Of a DNA stretch of 11,515 nt, positions 8,295-11,515 are shown piece after piece. The number at the start of each line of letters is the position of its first letter. Position 1 is the first letter of the stretch. The notes under the pieces were generated by a model. The model was not told the DNA's origin, did no database searches, and saw nothing but the letters and a program-made list of their open reading frames with translations. Made by a program: the position numbers and the translations under genes. The DNA is from Trueperaceae bacterium. Its GTDB lineage: Bacteria; Deinococcota; Deinococci; Deinococcales; Trueperaceae. The DNA lies in NCBI GenBank assembly GCA_040905465.1, contig JBBDRK010000057.1, positions 46,165-57,679 of the forward strand, in the 5' to 3' direction.

Positions 8295-9863
8295 CTATTC
8301 GGCTTTGGTGACTCCGTGCAGGCTCACGGAGCTGTAGCCCAGTGGGCTCATGACCCAGCCGTCTATGTTGGAGCGAACCGCGTTGAGCGAGCGGTTGTGC
8401 GCCATGGGGATCGAGGCTGCTTCCTCGGCCACGTTGTTCACCGCCTGCTGATACAGCTCGGTGCGCTCGTCCTGGTCCGCGATCTGGCGGGCCTGACCGA
8501 GGGCGTCGACCGTTTCCGGGCTGTCCCAACCCAGTTGCTCCGGGGCGCCCGGACCGAAGAACGTCGTCAGGAAGTTGTCCGGATCCGCGTAATCGGCATT
8601 CCAGCCGAGCATGTACATCGGGAACTTGCCCGTGGTGTAGTCCGCCAGGTAGGTAGTCCAGTCCTCGGTCATCAATTGGGCATCGATGCCGACGTCGGCC
8701 AGATAGCTGGCCATGGTCTCGGCGATCGGCTGCGGCGCCGGGTAGTACGGCCGACTCACCGGCATGTACCACAGTTCGGTCGAGAATCCGTCGGGATAGC
8801 CGGCCTCGGCCAACAGCTCACGAGCGCGTTCCGGGTCGTAGTCGTACGGCCATTCCATGCCGTGACCGAAGAGGCTCGGCGGCAGGTGATCCTGGGCTAC
8901 GACACCGAGGCCCTGGTAGAAGGCTTCGACGATGGCTTCGCGGTCGATCGCGTGAGCGATCGCCTGGCGAACCAGGACGTCGCCGAGCGGTTCGTTGTCC
9001 TGATGCATGGCCAGGTAGCCGACGTTGAGCTCGGCTTCGGCGGTCACGACCTCGAGGTTCGAGTCGTTCTCGACCGTCTGGAGGTCGTCGGCGGCAAGCA
9101 GTACCGCGATATCGATCGAGCCGGCCTGAAGCTCGGCCAGTCGCGCGGTCGGTTCGGTGATCGCCCGGAACACTACCCGGTCGACCTGAGCCGGACCGTT
9201 CCAGTAGTCGTCGTTCCGTTCCACCGTTACACCTTCACCCTCGCGCCATTCCACGAAGCTGAACGGCCCGGTTCCCACGCTGCCGACGCCGGGCGTGCCG
9301 TAGTCGGCGCCTGCCTCGCGTACCGCGGTTGGGCTGTCCATCTGGAAGTAGATGGCGGCCATCAGGGTCGGCAGGAAGGGCATGGGCTGGGTCATGCGGA
9401 ATTCGACCGTGTGATCATCGACCACTGCGACCTCGTCCAGTACGCTGCCTTCGCCCTTGGGCCCACCGAATACCCAGCCCCAGGGCACATAGGTCTTGCC
9501 CTGGTCACGGAAGCTGGCCTCGTGCGCCGGGTCGTTCCAGCGGTCGAAGTTGAACTTCACCGCTTCGGCGTTGAACGGAGTGCCGTCCTGGAAGTTCACG
9601 CCTTCACGCAGGGTGAACGTCCAGACTGAGCCGTCCTCGTTCGTCTCCCACTCAGTTGCGAGCGCAGGAACGAGATCGGTACGCCCGGGTGCGAAGAAGA
9701 CCAGGGGTTCGGTGATCTGGGCAGAGACGACCAGCGAGTTGCCGTCCTGCGAATCGGCCGAGTCCAGGCTCGACGGTTCGCCGCTCACGCCATAGACGAG
9801 AGTCTGTGCTCCCACCAGGCCCGCCACGGCAAGTAGCGACAACGCAACAAATAGCCTTTTCAT
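8295..9863 (-). CDS. dppA: Dipeptide ABC transporter substrate-binding protein (SBP family 5), about 522 aa
   Basis: Strong SD GGAGGT before ATG 9863 and Sec signal peptide MKRLFVALSLLAVAGLVGA|Q. Motifs include TFTLREGVNFQDGTPFNAEAVKFNFDR and GTGPF. WYMPVSRPYYP and GWNADYADPDNF resemble the DppA ligand-binding segments. Confidence 0.93.
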   Translation of the reverse strand: MKRLFVALSLLAVAGLVGAQTLVYGVSGEPSSLDSADSQDGNSLVVSAQITEPLVFFAPGRTDLVPALATEWETNEDGSVWTFTLREGVNFQDGTPFNAEAVKFNFDRWNDPAHEASFRDQGKTYVPWGWVFGGPKGEGSVLDEVAVVDDHTVEFRMTQPMPFLPTLMAAIYFQMDSPTAVREAGADYGTPGVGSVGTGPFSFVEWREGEGVTVERNDDYWNGPAQVDRVVFRAITEPTARLAELQAGSIDIAVLLAADDLQTVENDSNLEVVTAEAELNVGYLAMHQDNEPLGDVLVRQAIAHAIDREAIVEAFYQGLGVVAQDHLPPSLFGHGMEWPYDYDPERARELLAEAGYPDGFSTELWYMPVSRPYYPAPQPIAETMASYLADVGIDAQLMTEDWTTYLADYTTGKFPMYMLGWNADYADPDNFLTTFFGPGAPEQLGWDSPETVDALGQARQIADQDERTELYQQAVNNVAEEAASIPMAHNRSLNAVRSNIDGWVMSPLGYSSVSLHGVTKAE

Positions 9864-9867
9864 CAGC

Positions 9868-9873
9868 ACCTCC
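9868..9873 (-). promoter_or_regulatory. Shine-Dalgarno GGAGGT of dppA
   Basis: The minus strand reads GGAGGTGCTGATG. Confidence 0.85.
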
Positions 9874-9940
9874 AGTTGAAACTGCTCAGGCACGAGAGGT
9901 CCACAGGAGTGACAAATCCGCTTTGCCTGAGCTTTGGCTC

Positions 9941-9949
9941 ATGCTAGCA
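9941..9949 (-). promoter_or_regulatory. Candidate extended -10 promoter (TGcTAGCAT) for dppABC
   Basis: TGn-TANNNT on the minus strand, about 78 nt upstream of the dppA ATG and just after the stop of the upstream ATPase gene. Confidence 0.55.
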
Positions 9950-9956
9950 CAACCGA

Positions 9957-10649
9957 CTAACGCGAGTTTGCGACCTCTGGGGCGGCCGACTCGAGCCTGC
10001 CGCCGGTCAATCGGTAACGGCTGTCCACATCGGTCACCAGTCCTTCGTCGTGAGTGACCATCAGGACCGCCGTGCTTCGCTCTCGGGCGAGCGAGACCAG
10101 CAGGTGGTAGACGTTCCTGGCGTTCTCGCGGTCGAGGCTGCCGGTGGGCTCGTCTGCCAGGATCACCTTGGGGTTGCCGTAGAGAGCACGTGCCACGGCC
10201 ACGCGCTGCCTTTCGCCGCCGGAAAGCAACCTCGGCAGATAGCTGGACCGGTGGGTGAGCCCGACGCTCTCGAGCAGTCGCCTGCCCTGGGCCCGGTCGA
10301 GCCGGCCATGGATCCGGCCCGGCAGCGTCACGTTGTCGAGAGCGTCCATGTCTTCCAGCAGGTAGTGCTGCTGGAAGACCAGGCCAAGAGTTTCCGAGCG
10401 CCGCGCCGGCAGCGCCTGTGGCCGGTGCTCGTGAACCGGGAAGTCACCCCAGTAGATCTCGCCGTCGGTAGGGGTATCGAGCCCGGCCAGGAGATGCAAC
10501 AGCGTGCTCTTGCCGGAGCCGGAAGGTCCGAGGATGGCTGCTACCTCGCCCTCCTTGAGCTCCAGGTCGACGCCGCGCAAGACCTGGACGCGCTCCTCGC
10601 CCGCAACGAACGAGCGGGCCAGCGAATCGCAGGACAGAACGGGGGCCAT
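9957..10649 (-). CDS. ABC ATP-binding protein, LolD/MacB/FtsE family (LolD-like), 230 aa
   Basis: VLRGVDL, Walker A GPSGSGKSTLLHLLAGLD, LVFQQHYLL, LSGGERQRVAVARAL, ILADEPTGSLD and MVTHD. It has no TM domain and no OppD/OppF C-terminal extension. Confidence 0.92.
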   Translation of the reverse strand: MAPVLSCDSLARSFVAGEERVQVLRGVDLELKEGEVAAILGPSGSGKSTLLHLLAGLDTPTDGEIYWGDFPVHEHRPQALPARRSETLGLVFQQHYLLEDMDALDNVTLPGRIHGRLDRAQGRRLLESVGLTHRSSYLPRLLSGGERQRVAVARALYGNPKVILADEPTGSLDRENARNVYHLLVSLARERSTAVLMVTHDEGLVTDVDSRYRLTGGRLESAAPEVANSR

Positions 10650-10655
10650 GCGCGT

Positions 10656-10661
10656 ACTATA
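10656..10661 (-). promoter_or_regulatory. -10 element TATAGT, 6 nt before the ATG: leaderless promoter of the LolD-like gene
   Basis: The minus strand reads TATAGT-ACGCGC-ATG, and no SD is present. Confidence 0.75.
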
Positions 10662-10675
10662 ACGCTGCGGGCCTA

Positions 10676-10684
10676 TGTTACTCT
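10676..10684 (+). promoter_or_regulatory. Candidate extended -10 promoter (TGtTACTCT) for crp
   Basis: TGn-TANNNT 38 nt upstream of ATG 10723, with SD-like AGGTGG at 10712-10717. Confidence 0.5.
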
Positions 10685-10722
10685 GGCCCCATTCCGAAGC
10701 TGATCGCTAACAGGTGGGGTGT

Positions 10723-11415
10723 ATGGTCGACATGAAGGAATTCCTGAGAAACGTGCCACTCTTCGCAGATGCGCCGGAGCGTGCCCTGGAGATCGCGGCC
10801 GGAGCGATGCAGCGCCGGACCTACGAAGCGCAGACGACCGTGTTCCAGGAAGGGGACGTGGGCGAGGCGCTCTACGTTCTGGGAACCGGACTGGTCAAGC
10901 TCTCCAAGATCGACCTGGGCGGGCACGAGAAGACCCTGGCAATACTGCAGCCACCTGAGTTCTTCGGCGAGATGGCGCTGCTCGGCGAGCCGGCTCGCAG
11001 TGCTACTGCGATGACACTGAGTGAGGTCGAAGCGTATCTGCTGTTCAACGACGACTTCCGCAAGCTGATGGAGCAGTACCCGACGATTAGCCTCAATCTG
11101 ACCGCGACGCTCGCCCGGCGGCTGCGCGGCATGGACGACGAGGCCCAGATTCTCTCGTACAAGGACGCCCAGGGGCGGGTCTCCTACGTTCTACTGCGGC
11201 TCTACCGGGCAGGAGTTATCGACCTGGCCGAAGGTGGCAATGCCCTGGTTCGGCTGACGCATCAGGAGCTGGCCAATCTTGCCGGCACCAGCCGTGAAAC
11301 GGTAACGCGAGCGCTGAAGGCACTCGAGGGCGAAAAGGTGATCAAGACGCGGCCCAAGGAGATAATCATCTCCGATCCCCAGGGCCTCGAGGAGATCCTG
11401 CACGGCATACGCTAG
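10723..11415 (+). CDS. crp: Crp/Fnr-family transcriptional regulator, cAMP-receptor type, about 230 aa
   Basis: cNMP-binding domain (VFQEGD…LYVL..G.VK…FGEMAL…RSA), C-helix LARRLR and HTH LTHQELANLAGTSRETVTRAL. No FNR cysteines. Start at ATG 10723 after AGGTGG; ATG 10732 is an alternative. Confidence 0.93.
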   Translation: MVDMKEFLRNVPLFADAPERALEIAAGAMQRRTYEAQTTVFQEGDVGEALYVLGTGLVKLSKIDLGGHEKTLAILQPPEFFGEMALLGEPARSATAMTLSEVEAYLLFNDDFRKLMEQYPTISLNLTATLARRLRGMDDEAQILSYKDAQGRVSYVLLRLYRAGVIDLAEGGNALVRLTHQELANLAGTSRETVTRALKALEGEKVIKTRPKEIIISDPQGLEEILHGIR

Positions 11416-11425
11416 GCGAAATCCG

Positions 11426-11447
11426 TCCGGCTGAGGCGCTCGCCGGA
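11426..11447 (+). terminator. Imperfect GC hairpin downstream of crp
   Basis: TCCGGC-T-GAG-GCG-CTC-GCCGGA, 10 nt after the stop codon. No U tract on +. Confidence 0.3.
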
Positions 11448-11515
11448 AACGGCACCCAGCGCGGCACCAGTAGCGGCATCGAGCCGCCGTCCCATGCCCT
11501 GTCAGACAGCCCGGA

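Noticed and set aside
8074..8772. 232-aa minus-strand ORF bridging dppA and dppB, suggesting a frameshift or hidden gene
   Set aside because: It is an alternative frame of dppA that stays open through GC-rich hairpins. dppA ends normally and I see no slippery site.
7905..9629. 574-aa plus-strand ORF antisense to dppA and the spacer
   Set aside because: It shadows dppA, is rich in R/V/G/H with no recognisable domain, and runs through the hairpin-rich spacer. Long antisense ORFs are expected opposite high-GC genes.
9969..9984. TGCGA half-site about 42 nt upstream of the putative dppA TSS as a class II CRP site
   Set aside because: The second half (GGGCG) does not match, and the site lies inside coding sequence, so support is too weak.
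11450..11480. Short CGGCA(C/T)C repeats downstream of crp
   Set aside because: These are three 7-mers in GC-rich DNA at the window edge, consistent with chance or the end of a neighbouring gene.

Overview
This is a GC-rich, gene-dense bacterial chromosomal segment, probably from Deinococcota (Trueperaceae-like). That assignment is inferred from a Thermus-type CRP, a leaderless TANNNT-N6-ATG start and a non-lipidated, acidic periplasmic binding protein. Nine intact genes can be supported: lon (+); a translationally coupled manA and MsbA/Sav1866-type ABC exporter pair (-); a divergent DedA/VTT (TVP38/TMEM64) membrane protein (+) overlapping the 3' end of dppC; a dppABC dipeptide-uptake cluster with no dppD/F (-); an orphan LolD-like ATPase (-); and a divergent Crp regulator (+). 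I see no mobile element, CRISPR array, tRNA/rRNA or defence system. The window looks like core housekeeping and transport DNA, and I cannot demonstrate a new biological system. The best leads are a 217-bp dppA-dppB spacer with five hairpins, a structured dppA 5' leader, a possible manA/exporter/DedA envelope module, and an orphan ATPase beside an ATPase-less importer. All assignments come from reading motifs by eye, with no database search.
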